From: an uncultured Planctomycetota bacterium
GTDB taxonomy: Bacteria; Planctomycetota; Planctomycetia; Isosphaerales; Isosphaeraceae
Direction of reading: 5' to 3'
Length of the DNA: 64,000 nucleotides
NCBI GenBank assembly: GCA_963845755.1
Contig: CAWJTV010000005.1
Span: 320,001 to 384,000 of the forward strand
Position 1 is the stretch's first letter. Every line of letters begins with the position of its first letter. Below the pieces are notes generated by a model, which was given only the letters and a program-made list of their open reading frames with translations, ran no database searches and was not told the origin of the DNA. The position numbers and the translations under genes are program-made. Below, one piece after another: positions 10,832 to 21,310 of the stretch.

Positions 10832-12040
10832 TCATTTCTTCTGACCACTGGCCACCGTCCGCTGACCGCTGAGACGAAGGCGGGCCTCCAGAGCGCGATC
10901 GAGTGCGGTCTGGGGATCTCGGTCGAGCACGGTCAGGTGGCCCATCTTTCGTCCTGGTGCGGGCGTTCGTTTGCCATAGAGGTGCAGGGAAATGTCCGGG
11001 TCCGCTCCCAACGCGGCGTCCCATCGCGGCTGGCCCCCCGACTGGCCCCAGAGGTCGCCCAGCAGGTTGACCATCGCAGCCGGCATGATCAGGTCCGATG
11101 CACCGAGCGGCAGGCCGCAAAGTGTGCGGACTTGCTGTTCGAACTGGCTCGTGTAAGCCGCCTCGATGGTGAGATGCCCGGAATTGTGGGGTCGCGGGGC
11201 GAACTCGTTGACGAGCAAGCGACCGTCGGCAGTCAGGAAGAACTCGACCGTGAGCACGCCAACGGTGCCCAGCGCCTGGGCCGCGCCCAGGGCCAGGTTG
11301 CGGGCCTCCAGGGCAACAATCGGACCGACCGGCGCCGGCATCATCGTGCTATCGAGGATGTGTCGCTCATGCCTGTTCAGCCCGACGGGATAGCACACGG
11401 CTAGGCCTTCGTGGGTGCGGACCACCACGACCGAGACCTCAACATTGAAGTCGACCCAGGCTTCGGCGACGCATCTGGCCCGGCCCAGACTCAACCACGC
11501 ACTGGATGCCTGATCAGCCCGGTCAACGCGGATCTGCCCCTTGCCGTCATAACCCGAGACGGCAGTCTTGAGGATCATCGGCAATCCGAGCGACCGAACT
11601 GCCTCATCGAGATCGGACTGGGCCTGAACCGGACACCAAGGAGCAAGGGGGATGCCATGCCGGGCCAGGAATCTCTTCTCGCGGAGTCGGTTCTGCGCAA
11701 CCCAAAGCGTACGCCACCCGGGGCGAACCGGGCGGCGCCTTGCCAGCCATCGAAGCGACGGGGCCGAGACATTCTCGAACTCCACCGTGATCGCCTCGGC
11801 TCGATCGGCGAACGCCCGTAGGGCATGGGCATCGTCGTCGCGGCCGATGACGGTCCAGTGTGCGACTTGGGCGGCAGGCGTGTCTTCGGCTTCGCTCAAG
11901 ACGCCGGCGCGATAACCCATGCTTTGGGCCGCCTGGATGAACATCCGGCCCAGTTGGCCGCTGCCGATCACTCCCAACGATGCCGGGGGGAACAGAGGGG
12001 CAGCCTCGTCGAGAAACGATCGGTCCGGACCCATGCTCAT
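10832..12040 (-). CDS. purK: N5-carboxyaminoimidazole ribonucleotide synthase
   Basis: [47 protein letters not shown]; overlaps purE stop. Confidence 0.95.
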   Translation of the reverse strand: MSMGPDRSFLDEAAPLFPPASLGVIGSGQLGRMFIQAAQSMGYRAGVLSEAEDTPAAQVAHWTVIGRDDDAHALRAFADRAEAITVEFENVSAPSLRWLARRRPVRPGWRTLWVAQNRLREKRFLARHGIPLAPWCPVQAQSDLDEAVRSLGLPMILKTAVSGYDGKGQIRVDRADQASSAWLSLGRARCVAEAWVDFNVEVSVVVVRTHEGLAVCYPVGLNRHERHILDSTMMPAPVGPIVALEARNLALGAAQALGTVGVLTVEFFLTADGRLLVNEFAPRPHNSGHLTIEAAYTSQFEQQVRTLCGLPLGASDLIMPAAMVNLLGDLWGQSGGQPRWDAALGADPDISLHLYGKRTPAPGRKMGHLTVLDRDPQTALDRALEARLRLSGQRTVASGQKK

Positions 12041-12534
12041 ACCGGCGATTCTCCCACGGCCTCGGTCTGCGCCTGGCGGAGCTGCGCCAAGGCCGCCCGA
12101 ATCGCCGGATATTTGCGTGCCAGGATGGACGCCGCCAGGACGGCTGCATTCGCCGCACCCGAGCTGCCGATGGCCAGCGTGCCGACCGGCACGCCCCGCG
12201 GCATCTGCACAATCGACAGAAGCGAGTCGACCCCGCGCAGCATCTTACTCTCGACAGGAACGCCGAGCACCGGCAAGATCGAGATCGCTGCCAGCATCCC
12301 CGGCAGATGCGCCGCGCCTCCGGCTCCGGCTATCAACACTTCCAGGCCGCGCCCTTCCGCCTCGCGACCGTAGCGGAATAGCCGTTCCGGAGTCCGGTGC
12401 GCCGAGACCACTTTCGCCTCGAACGGGATGGCCAGCTCGGTCAAGACTTCGCAGGCATGGCGCATTGTATCCCAGTCCGACTTGCTGCCCATCAGTACGC
12501 CCACCAGCGGTGTTTCGGGGATCTCGTTCACCAT
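12037..12534 (-). CDS. purE: N5-CAIR mutase
   Basis: [41 protein letters not shown]. Confidence 0.97.
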   Translation of the reverse strand: MVNEIPETPLVGVLMGSKSDWDTMRHACEVLTELAIPFEAKVVSAHRTPERLFRYGREAEGRGLEVLIAGAGGAAHLPGMLAAISILPVLGVPVESKMLRGVDSLLSIVQMPRGVPVGTLAIGSSGAANAAVLAASILARKYPAIRAALAQLRQAQTEAVGESPV

Positions 12535-13016
12535 GTCGTTTCCGGGGACGCTCCCTCGCGGTTCGCCTGCCCGAGGCCGGCTCATACGAATGAATTCGAC
12601 GGTACAGGTTTCTTCGACGTTCGCCGTTTCTTCGCCCCCGGTTCGGCGAATGACAGAATCCACGAGACCTCAAGATCGGAGTCAGGACACGGTGCCGTAG
12701 TGGCCATGTCGTCCCCCACCACGGGGCCATTCATATTCGTAGGAGGAGCGCAGCCTCACTCTATTCTACCCCAAACCCGGCATCAGGACGACCCGAGTTG
12801 TAGAGGGCGAATTGACCGGAGGGGGATCAGGGACGACAATGATGCAGTCCACCTCTGAACCCTCGGAGCCAGCCGAGGCGTCGCCGGTTCCCGAGCGGTT
12901 GGAGCATCAGTGGCGGGACGATCTTCGAATCGGCCAATCCGGGCGGTGTCTGAACCTACGGACCATTCGGCCTGATCGGGAAGAGACCCGCGAGGTGAAT
13001 GACAAAGGGAGTCTCC

Positions 13017-14135
13017 ATGGACCAGTCCGAAATCCGAGTGGGCGTCATCGGCTGCGGAGGCTTCGGGCTTTATGCTCTCCAGCAATTCGCCCAGGTGCCC
13101 GGCGTCAAGCTGACCGGCATGGCCGGTACGCACCGTCAGGCCGCCATCGCTGCCGCGAAGCGGTTCGGCATCCCCGATATCGAAGAGATCGACAAACTCC
13201 TGGCTCGCGACGACGTTAACCTGGTCTACATCGCGACGCCACCGTTCCTCCACCATTCCCAGGCCATCGCAGCCCTCGAAGCCGGCAAGCACGTCATTTG
13301 CGAGAAGCCGCTGGCGATGACCCTCGAGCAGGCCGACGCGATCATCGCCGCGGCCCGGAAGCACGACCGATTGGTCGTCGCGAACCTCATGCAGCGGTAT
13401 AACCCCGTCTACGAGGCAGTCGATCACCTGGTTCAATCACAGGTGCTGGGTGAAGTCCTTCACGGCTACTTCGAGAATTATGCTTCCGATGAAAACCTGC
13501 CGCCCGAGCACTGGTTCTGGGACCGTTCCAAGAGCGGCGGGATATTCATCGAGCACGGGGTGCATTTCTTCGACCTCTTCGCCGGCTGGCTGGGCCCTGG
13601 GACCGTCGTCGCCGCACAACGCGGCATCCGGCCAGATTCCTCGCCGCCGATCGAGGAGCACGTGCAATGCACGGTACGCTACCAGCCGGATATCCTCGTG
13701 AACTTCTACCACGGCTTCCATCAGACCGGGCGCATGGACCGCCAGGAGCTGCGACTGGTCTTCGAACGCGGTGATGTCACGCTCTATGACTGGGTCCCGA
13801 CCAGAGCCCAGATCCACGCGATCGCCGACGAAGCCCAGACCCGCACTCTCTGCAAGCTCTTCCCGGACGCGCGGCTCGATGTCTCTGCCTCCTATTCTCC
13901 CAAGGACCGGGCTTGCCAGGGACGCCACAAGACCCTTGACGTCTACCAGATGATCGAAGTCTCTGCCGGCGAGGGGACGAACAAGTCGCACCGCTATGGT
14001 GAGCTCTTGCGAGCCATGATGGCCGACCAGATCGCCTGGATCCGGGACCATTCTCATCGCCGACGAATCAACGACGAAAACGGCCGTGAATCGTTGGCCT
14101 TTGCGATCGAGGCGGATCGGCTGGCACCGGCTTGA
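13017..14135 (+). CDS. Gfo/Idh/MocA-family oxidoreductase
   Basis: GVIGCGGFG, IATPPFLH, CEKP, SGGIFIEHGVHFFD; AAGGGAG RBS. Confidence 0.9.
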   Translation: MDQSEIRVGVIGCGGFGLYALQQFAQVPGVKLTGMAGTHRQAAIAAAKRFGIPDIEEIDKLLARDDVNLVYIATPPFLHHSQAIAALEAGKHVICEKPLAMTLEQADAIIAAARKHDRLVVANLMQRYNPVYEAVDHLVQSQVLGEVLHGYFENYASDENLPPEHWFWDRSKSGGIFIEHGVHFFDLFAGWLGPGTVVAAQRGIRPDSSPPIEEHVQCTVRYQPDILVNFYHGFHQTGRMDRQELRLVFERGDVTLYDWVPTRAQIHAIADEAQTRTLCKLFPDARLDVSASYSPKDRACQGRHKTLDVYQMIEVSAGEGTNKSHRYGELLRAMMADQIAWIRDHSHRRRINDENGRESLAFAIEADRLAPA

Positions 14136-14266
14136 CTTACTCGCGTCGCGGTTCGCCGACCCTGCCTTCATTCGGCCGAATCTCATCGGAAAGCCATTCA
14201 CTCTTCCGGGTAAGTCGAAGCCGTCCGACACATTCTATCGAGTTGAGTTCGACTCCCACCGGCGTC

Positions 14267-15124
14267 TTACTCGAAGACCACGGTGCGGACTCCATCCACC
14301 AGGACGCGATCGTCCAGGTGCCAGCGTACCGCCTGCGCAAGCACGCGGCGCTCGACCTCCCGGCCGATCCTGATCATGTCATCGACCCCATCCCGGTGTG
14401 AGATGTGCGCGACGTCCTGGTTGAGGATCGGCCCGGCATCGAGGTCCGCCGTGACATAGTGGGCCGTGGCCCCAATGATCTTCACGCCACGGGCGTGAGC
14501 CTGGTGATATGGGCTCGCGCCGATGAATGCCGGCAGAAACGAGTGATGAATGTTGATGATCGGACGCGTGTACGCCTCCAGGAGCTCCGGCGATAGGATC
14601 TGCATGTAGCGAGCCAGTACGACCACATCGATCTGATGCTCGTTCAAGAGCGTCAAGACCCGCGCCTCCTGGTCGGCCTTGGCCCCTTTCGTCACGTGTA
14701 AGTGGTGAAAGGGAATGTCGTGCGACAGCACTTTATCGGCCAGATCGGCATGGTTGGAGATCACCAGCGGTATCTCGACTTCCAGCTCGCCGGCCTCCCA
14801 TCGCCAGAGCAGGTCGAGCAGGCAGTGCGCATACTTCGAGACGAGGATGGCCATGCGCCGCGGACGGTCGGTGAAACTCACCCGCCAGTTCATCCCGTGT
14901 TGACGTGCCAGCGGGGCAAACGCGGCGGAAAACTCGTCCCGACCCAGGCCGAATCCAAGGCTCTCGATCTCCATCCTCATGAAGAATTTGCCGTTGGGCG
15001 GCTCGCCCACATACTGATCAGACGCGAGGATGTTCCCCTGATGCAAGGCAATGAAGCTGGAAACCGCCGCGATGATGCCTCGGTGATCAGGACAGTCGAT
15101 CAGCAGGCGGATGTTGTAGCTCAT
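14267..15124 (-). CDS. purU: Formyltetrahydrofolate deformylase
   Basis: ACT domain CPDHRGIIA, VSKYAHCL.DLL, LARYMQIL, INIHHSFLPAF.GA.PY, GATAHYVT.DLD.GPI. Confidence 0.95.
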   Translation of the reverse strand: MSYNIRLLIDCPDHRGIIAAVSSFIALHQGNILASDQYVGEPPNGKFFMRMEIESLGFGLGRDEFSAAFAPLARQHGMNWRVSFTDRPRRMAILVSKYAHCLLDLLWRWEAGELEVEIPLVISNHADLADKVLSHDIPFHHLHVTKGAKADQEARVLTLLNEHQIDVVVLARYMQILSPELLEAYTRPIINIHHSFLPAFIGASPYHQAHARGVKIIGATAHYVTADLDAGPILNQDVAHISHRDGVDDMIRIGREVERRVLAQAVRWHLDDRVLVDGVRTVVFE

Positions 15125-15283
15125 GGAGAGGGCCTCGTTCGAGTCCTGGGTCATTCCCAGGTCCGTTATACACGACCCAGCCGTTCGAAACGTAGCGCAG
15201 CATCGCGGCTCTCGGGTTGGTAGTGAGAGCAAGGCGTCCGAGTCTGCGCGTCGAAGATTCGAGCGTTCCCGGACTGATTCTTC

Positions 15284-17650
15284 TCATTTCTTGGGTTTCT
15301 CCGTTGTATCGGGATGGATGGAGAAGATCCTCAGCTCCGGCATGCCGAACGTGATCCGCTCGCATTCCAGGGTCCGTTCGTCGGTTGTCACACGCAGTTT
15401 TTCCCCTTCACGGACTACCGTTGCTTCTTTGCCATGACCGGAGAGCTTCGCCCGTTCATGGCGGCCATCGAGTTCAAGGACGCCGGTCATCAGCCGTGAG
15501 GCGGTGAGCAAGATGCCGGACGAAATGGTTGGTCCGGCCATGACGCGGACCTGCCCTTGACCGATCTCGGTCCGTTCCAGGCAACCCGGTTGTTTCAGGA
15601 CGATCTTGCCCGTGTCCACAACGACGATGAGGAACCCTCCGAAATCACCCAGGATGGCCGGCTCTGCAATCGTTAAACCTCCCCCGTTCCGAGCGATCCC
15701 TCCGAATCGCAAATCGAGTCCGCGCTCGATCTGGTAATTGAGGCGGATACTGTCGTCGGTGTGACCCTTGATGACGAGGAAATTCTGCATCAGATGAAGG
15801 AAGCCGAGGCCTCCTTGACGCGTCAGGAACGGCAGGTGGAAATGCGGACGGTCCACGGTCTCGAAGGTGCGAACCAACCGGGGCCATTTCTTCGACTCCT
15901 TGTCGCGGAGTCGCTGTAGGTAAGCTTGGTTGACGCCTTCCAGGGCCCTGGCGGGGGTCAGAGTCGAATGCTCAGTTGATTCCGGCAAGGGCTCCCCATC
16001 TTCCATCTCCAGGCCCAGTAGAGTGATGGTCCGGCCGTCGGTCTGAACGGCCGCATCGATTCCCTGCCCGAGGACCCAGCTCTTGAGCCGGTCCGGAAAC
16101 GCCAGGTTGGCCAGGGAGATGGGACGTCCACGGTCAGAGGGTTCCAGCGCGAACGGTGGCGTCATGAAACGCCCCGTGTCAAGATCGACGAACAGCGGCT
16201 CCTCTCGACCTCCGCTCAAGATCCGTTCGAAGGTGACGCCATCGAAATTGGAATGAAGCAAACCGCCGTCGCGAGGGAGCAGCGGCTTGGCGTCAGGCGG
16301 ATGGGCCGCCGCCGCTTTCCCAGGATCACGTTGGGCAAGCTCATTCATGCGCTTCATCACGAACAGCGTGGGGGACGTCCCCCGCGGCGCTGATTTGATG
16401 TCGAAGCCGTGGGGCGGCTCGGGTGGCCGGAGGGCTTTGCCTTTTTGGCCGAGGCAGATCTTCAAGCTGTCTCCATCGAGCTCATAAACCGCGATCGCGA
16501 CCACTCCTCCACGAGGATCATCGGTCTCACTCCAGAGCATCCTCCTGGGTGTTCTTGTCGTGTCCAGGCGATAGCTCATCGCACTCTTGTTGACGTCGAA
16601 GGTGAGCCGATCGGCCGTGATGGTTATGGTGCACTGGCCCGACTTGCGGTAGGCTTTCTCGTCCTCGGACAATTCATGGCTGACCTGCTCGATCACCGTG
16701 ACCATCCAAGTACCCTGGATCGCTTCGGCATCGTTGCGAGGTGGCGTCTTGTCAGCCATCGCGACCATGCCGGCCGGGCTCCCCCCGACCAGGAAGAATG
16801 CACCGACCGACAGGCCGATCAACACGGTGATGGCCACTGCCGTCTTGAGAGAGTTCAATGTCATGGCTCGGAGCGTGACGGAAACAGCCCGGCGGCCATC
16901 GTGGAGACGACTGCGGTCGAGATTCCTTCGCCGGCCGCGAGGTTGAGCGCGGATTGGACGGTCGCGCTCCGCAATGCTTGCGGTACCGCCGCCAACGATC
17001 CACTGGCGTTCAGTGCACCGGTCGCCAGTCCGGCCGGTAAGACGAATCCCCGACGGATCAGCCGGCGCCGGAGCAAGTCACGAGCTCGGGACAGTCGTCC
17101 GTGAACCGTACCGATGGGACAACGCAGTACCTTCGCGGCCTCTTCGTGCGTCAGCCTTTCGAGGTGGCAAAGGATCACCGGCGCGCGGTACCTCTCGGGA
17201 AGCCGGTCGATCTCCTGGTGAAGAATCGGAATCAGGTCCGGCTCGAGACACCCCGCGGGTCTGTCATCTCGTACCCGAGCATGTGAAGCCCGGCGCTCGA
17301 GCCGACGTCTGGTGCTCGGCGTCGACCTTGAACTGGACGGCGATTCGGATCGCGATCTGGTAAAGCCAGCTCGCGAGCGAGCCCTTGACCCAGAGCGATC
17401 GAGGTTTACGGGCGAGCACGAGGAAGGTTGCCTGGAAGGAGTCCTCGGCATCGTGGGAGTTATGGAGTACGCCCCGGCAGGAACCCAGAACCATCGGGCC
17501 ATGCCGCGCCACCAATGCATCGAACGCCGCTTGATCGCGATCGCCCGCGAACCGCTCCAGAAGTTGGGAATCCGACAGCCCGGCGGCCGTCCCCTCGACA
17601 AAGACACGTTCGATTTGCCGCAGGGCAGCCGACTGGAAGAGCTTGAGCAT
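15284..17650 (-). CDS. Planctomycete-type ECF sigma factor with TM helix and TIGR03067-like C-terminal extension (frameshifts near 17310 and 16870)
   Basis: LSDSQLLERF, LVARHGPMV, DAEDSFQATFLVLARK, IDRLPERYRAPVILCHLE, GTVHGRLSRAR; then TM and IQGTW...YELDGDSLKIC. Confidence 0.85.
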
Positions 17651-17789
17651 GGAACAGGTCCCTCGGGAATTCGTCGTGTGACTACCCGATATAAAGGGGC
17701 CTCGCGGGGATACGCATACACGTTTTTCTCGAATCCTGTGGCCGAGACCAAGAAGGTCCTCGTTGGCAGAACGCGTCTGGACCTGCCTT

Positions 17790-18030
17790 TGTTCTTCGAT
17801 AAATCCGCAGCAATAGCCTGCTTGATTTCCTCGCCCTGCAGGTCCTTGGCGACGATCCGACCATCGGGGTCGATGAGGAAGACTTGGTCCGGATAGCGCA
17901 CGCCGAAGGCTGTAGCGATCAGGTTGGGCTCGTTCAGGTCGCCGAGATACCGCGGCTCCCAAGTCAGGCCATGGAGGGAAACACACCGCGGCATGACTTC
18001 GGCTGACGCATCCCCGTTCAGTCCGATCAT
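17790..18030 (-). pseudogene. C-terminal fragment of a TlpA/redoxin-like thioredoxin-fold protein
   Basis: FVMIGLNGD...LTW...IATAFGV..P...FLIDPDGRIVAKDLQGEEI; no CxxC N-terminal half visible. Confidence 0.55.
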
Positions 18031-18325
18031 CACAAAACCTTTCCACTCCACACCACTCATACGGTTATCAGTGTCCTCGGTTGTTCCCGGTTTCTTCTCA
18101 CGTTCTATTGGATCCCTCATGTTGATTCAGAGCAGCGTCTCAGTCCCTTCGGACGGTACGACTCCACCACCTCTCTAGTGGTCGGCCGGAAATGTTTGAG
18201 GTTTTTCGTTCACAGTCTTGAAAATTGGGGGGTTTCGGGGGATGATCAACAAGATCGTGTGGCTCGTGCGGCACAACGATTCGAGGGAGTGCCAGCGCGT
18301 ATTCTTCACGGCTCCAGGGTGACCA

Positions 18326-18832
18326 ATGATGAGAATCTTCACAATCTTCGGCGCAATAGCAATCATCAGTGGGTTTACCGGCGCGACCGTGAGCGCTCAA
18401 TCCCAGAGCAAAGGTGTGATCCCCAAGTCTTCAGCAAAGGCTGTTGCGGAGAGCCGCTTCGACAAGAACGCCTTGACCTCCAAGGCTGTGGTGGGGAGTG
18501 GCTTGGCACGTAAACCGCCTCCATCAATTCCGGGCCTGAAGCGCGGGGCGATCAGCTCGCGAAAAGGAACAACTCGGCGAATCCCGCCTCCGCCGGTGCC
18601 CAGAGCCGGCGGGTCAGCGGCCCGCAAGGCAGGATCTGCCACCCCGATGTTCGCAGCGGATCCTACCGGAAGGAAAGATCTGGTGGGTCGGACTGTTGGA
18701 TTCTATCCAACAGTCCGCGGCTCGCTCACGACGCCCGGACAGCATCACTCCGCAGAGAGATCACACAAACTCGGTGAGCTCAAGGAAAACGCGCGTGAAG
18801 CAGAAGTCTCAATAGTCCTCCGATGGATCTGA
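18326..18832 (+). CDS. Hypothetical secreted basic low-complexity protein
   Basis: Signal-peptide-like MMRIFTIFGAIAIISGFTGATVSA/Q; Lys/Pro/Ala-rich. Confidence 0.4.
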   Translation: MMRIFTIFGAIAIISGFTGATVSAQSQSKGVIPKSSAKAVAESRFDKNALTSKAVVGSGLARKPPPSIPGLKRGAISSRKGTTRRIPPPPVPRAGGSAARKAGSATPMFAADPTGRKDLVGRTVGFYPTVRGSLTTPGQHHSAERSHKLGELKENAREAEVSIVLRWI

Positions 18833-19060
18833 AACTCGAGGTACCGGCGAGGGATCCGTTGACAAGTCCGTCGCTGCCGTGTTCCGAGGTTACCTTGGTG
18901 GGATTCCGCTGCCAAGCGGCCAGACGCTTCGGCTCAGGGCAATGCCTGGGGACTGTTGTTCATTCAGATTTCTCGTATGTGGGTCGTGGCGCGGCTTTCA
19001 TCCCTCCGAGATGGTGCTCTCGTTGATCGCGAAGGCGCTTTCGATCTACCGCTCGGCGTG

Positions 19061-20236
19061 TCAGAACTGAAGCTTCCCGATCCGCTCCACGGCCTCGACC
19101 AGTCGCCGAGTCTCGACTGTCAAGGTGGCGCGGATGAAGCCGTCCGCTGTCCGGCCGAAACCGATACCCGGTGTGGTCACGACGTTGGCCTCCTCCAGCA
19201 GTCGGGTGCAGAGTTCGGCCGACCGGTAGCCCTCTGGACAAGGGATCCAAACGTAGAACGTGGCCTGGGGCGTGGGCACGTCCCAACCGATCCGGCCCAG
19301 AGCCGACACGAAAGCGTCGCGACGCTCCTTGTACATGGCACGGATGGGTGGGGTGAGCTGGAGATAGTCGTCCAGGGCTGTCGTACCGGCGAATTGGATG
19401 GCCGTGAAAATACCCGAGTCCACATTGGCCTTAACCTGCCCGAGGGCGGCGATGATCGGCGCCCCGCCGATCGCGAAGCCGATGCGCCAACCCGTCATGT
19501 TGAACGTCTTGGAGAGGCTGTGGAACTCGATCGCAAGCTCCTTGGCCCCCAGAACTTCGAGGATGCTGGGAGGAGCCTCTTCGTAATACATCTCGTTGTA
19601 GGCAGCGTCTTGCGCGATCACGAAGTTGTGCATCCGGGCCAGTTGGACGACCCTCTCAAAGAAAGTCCGGTCGGCCGTGCCACCCGTGGGGTTGTTGGGG
19701 TAGTTCAGGAACATGAGCCGGGCCAACGCGAACACATCGGCCGGGATGGCATCGAGTTCGGGGCGGAAGCCCAGCCTTGGCTCCAGGGGCATGCTATATA
19801 CGTCCGCGCCGGCGAACATGCTGCTGGAACGATAGACCGGATAACAGGGGTCGGGAACAAGGCTGATATCGCCCGGGTTGAGCACGGCCAGTGGCAGATG
19901 GGCGATCCCTTCCTTCGAGCCGATCAGGGGCAGGATCTCGGTCTCGGGGTCGAGGTCCAGTCCATAGCGCCGCTTGCAGAAGGCCGCAATCGAACGCCTC
20001 AGTTCGGGAGCACCTTGGTCGAGCGCGTACTGATGGAACGCCGGGTTCTCCGCGTGATGCTGGAGGCTTTTTATGATTGATGTCGGCGTTGGCCGGTCCG
20101 GGTCGCCGACGCCGAGATTGATCACGTCGCGACCGGCGGCGATGGCGGCCTTCTTCTTCCTATCGATTTCCGCGAACAGGTATGGAGGAAGCTTCCTCAG
20201 ACGCTCCGATTTCACAAAAACTTGGTCGTTGGTCAT
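19061..20236 (-). CDS. dapL: LL-diaminopimelate aminotransferase (PLP class I/II)
   Basis: LPPYLFAEID, NLGVGDPD, LIGSKEG, NYPNNPTG, DAAY, SLSKTFNMTGWRIG. Confidence 0.85.
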   Translation of the reverse strand: MTNDQVFVKSERLRKLPPYLFAEIDRKKKAAIAAGRDVINLGVGDPDRPTPTSIIKSLQHHAENPAFHQYALDQGAPELRRSIAAFCKRRYGLDLDPETEILPLIGSKEGIAHLPLAVLNPGDISLVPDPCYPVYRSSSMFAGADVYSMPLEPRLGFRPELDAIPADVFALARLMFLNYPNNPTGGTADRTFFERVVQLARMHNFVIAQDAAYNEMYYEEAPPSILEVLGAKELAIEFHSLSKTFNMTGWRIGFAIGGAPIIAALGQVKANVDSGIFTAIQFAGTTALDDYLQLTPPIRAMYKERRDAFVSALGRIGWDVPTPQATFYVWIPCPEGYRSAELCTRLLEEANVVTTPGIGFGRTADGFIRATLTVETRRLVEAVERIGKLQF

Positions 20237-20397
20237 CCGTCATTAGTCCTTAGTCATGGAAGCGTGGCGCGGAGCCCTGCTGAGTCATCTCGGGATCGAG
20301 GAGCGATCATTCTGTCGTCGGTGGCATGAGGAAGCCGACCAGCCCGGCGCGAGGTTAACCACATCCGTCCGATCGCCATTGACCGATGACCAATCGA

Positions 20398-21139
20398 TCA
20401 AGAGGCCATGGCCTCCTCGGGGATGTTGTCGTTGGCGTAAACGTTCTGAACATCCTCGTTCTCCTCGAGCAGGTCCTTGAGTTTGAGCATCTTCTTGCCG
20501 TTCTCAACGTCGAGGTCGACCGAGGTCGTCGGGATGTAGCTGGTCTCGGCGCTCTCCGCGGGAACGTCGCGCATCTTCCAGCGCCTTGCGGACGGTCTCG
20601 AAGAGTTTCGGGTCGCAAGTGACTTCGTAGAGGCCATCGATCATCTGCACGTCATCGGCGCCGGCCTCGAGGGCGACCTCCATCAGTCGGTCCTCCTCGA
20701 CGTGACTGGCACCGATTACGAATAGCCCTTTGAAGTTGAACAAGTAGCTGACGCAGCCGCTGGCTCCCAGATTCCCGCCGGCCGCCTCGAACAAACGCCG
20801 CAGGTCGCCGGCGGTGCGGTTGCGATTATCGGTCAGGACTTCGCAGAGCACGGCCACGCCCCCGGGGCCATAACCCTCATAGACCACCTCTTCGTAGTTC
20901 TCAGCGCCCAGTTCTCCCGTCGCCTTTTTGATCGACCGTTCGATGTTGTCCTTGGGGACGCTGAACGAGCGTGCCTTGTCGATCGCGTAACGGAGACGCA
21001 TGTTCGCCGCAGGGTCGCCGCCGCCGGTGTGCGCCGCGACGTATATCGCGCGACAGAGCTTCGTGAACAACTTACCCCGCTTGGCGTTGACCAACCCCTT
21101 GCGATGGGCGATGTTGGCTGAGTGGGAATGTCCGGCCAT
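20398..21139 (-). CDS. yebC: YebC/PmpR-family protein (frameshift near 20570)
   Basis: [35 protein letters not shown]-terminal [13 protein letters not shown]. Confidence 0.93.
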
Positions 21140-21151
21140 CTCTTACTTCTC

Positions 21152-21307
21152 CAGTAGGCAGTGGGCGGTAGGCAGCGTAGACGAGGATACGATCGAGAAT
21201 CCGAACCATTTCGAATGGGACAGCGGGCTGGCAGGGAAACCTACGAACGTCTCCCCCATCGGAGGGGACCAATTCTCCCTGCCTACTGCCTATTGCTTAC
21301 TGCCTAC
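21152..21307. repeat. Inverted pair of heptamer arrays, (CAGTAGG)n ... (CTGCCTA)n
   Basis: CAGTAGG CAGTGGG CGGTAGG CAG at 21152-21175; CTGCCTA CTGCCTA TTGCTTA CTGCCTA at 21279-21306. Confidence 0.85.
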
Positions 21308-21310
21308 GGA

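Noticed and set aside
12540..15280. ZTP or purine riboswitch upstream of purE or purU
   Set aside because: Conserved motifs (e.g. GACTGGCG...CGCCTGGG for ZTP) not found
16861..18120. 419-aa redoxin-sigma fusion in the ORF track
   Set aside because: Artefact of one open frame running through the redoxin fragment, intergenic DNA and the frameshifted ECF
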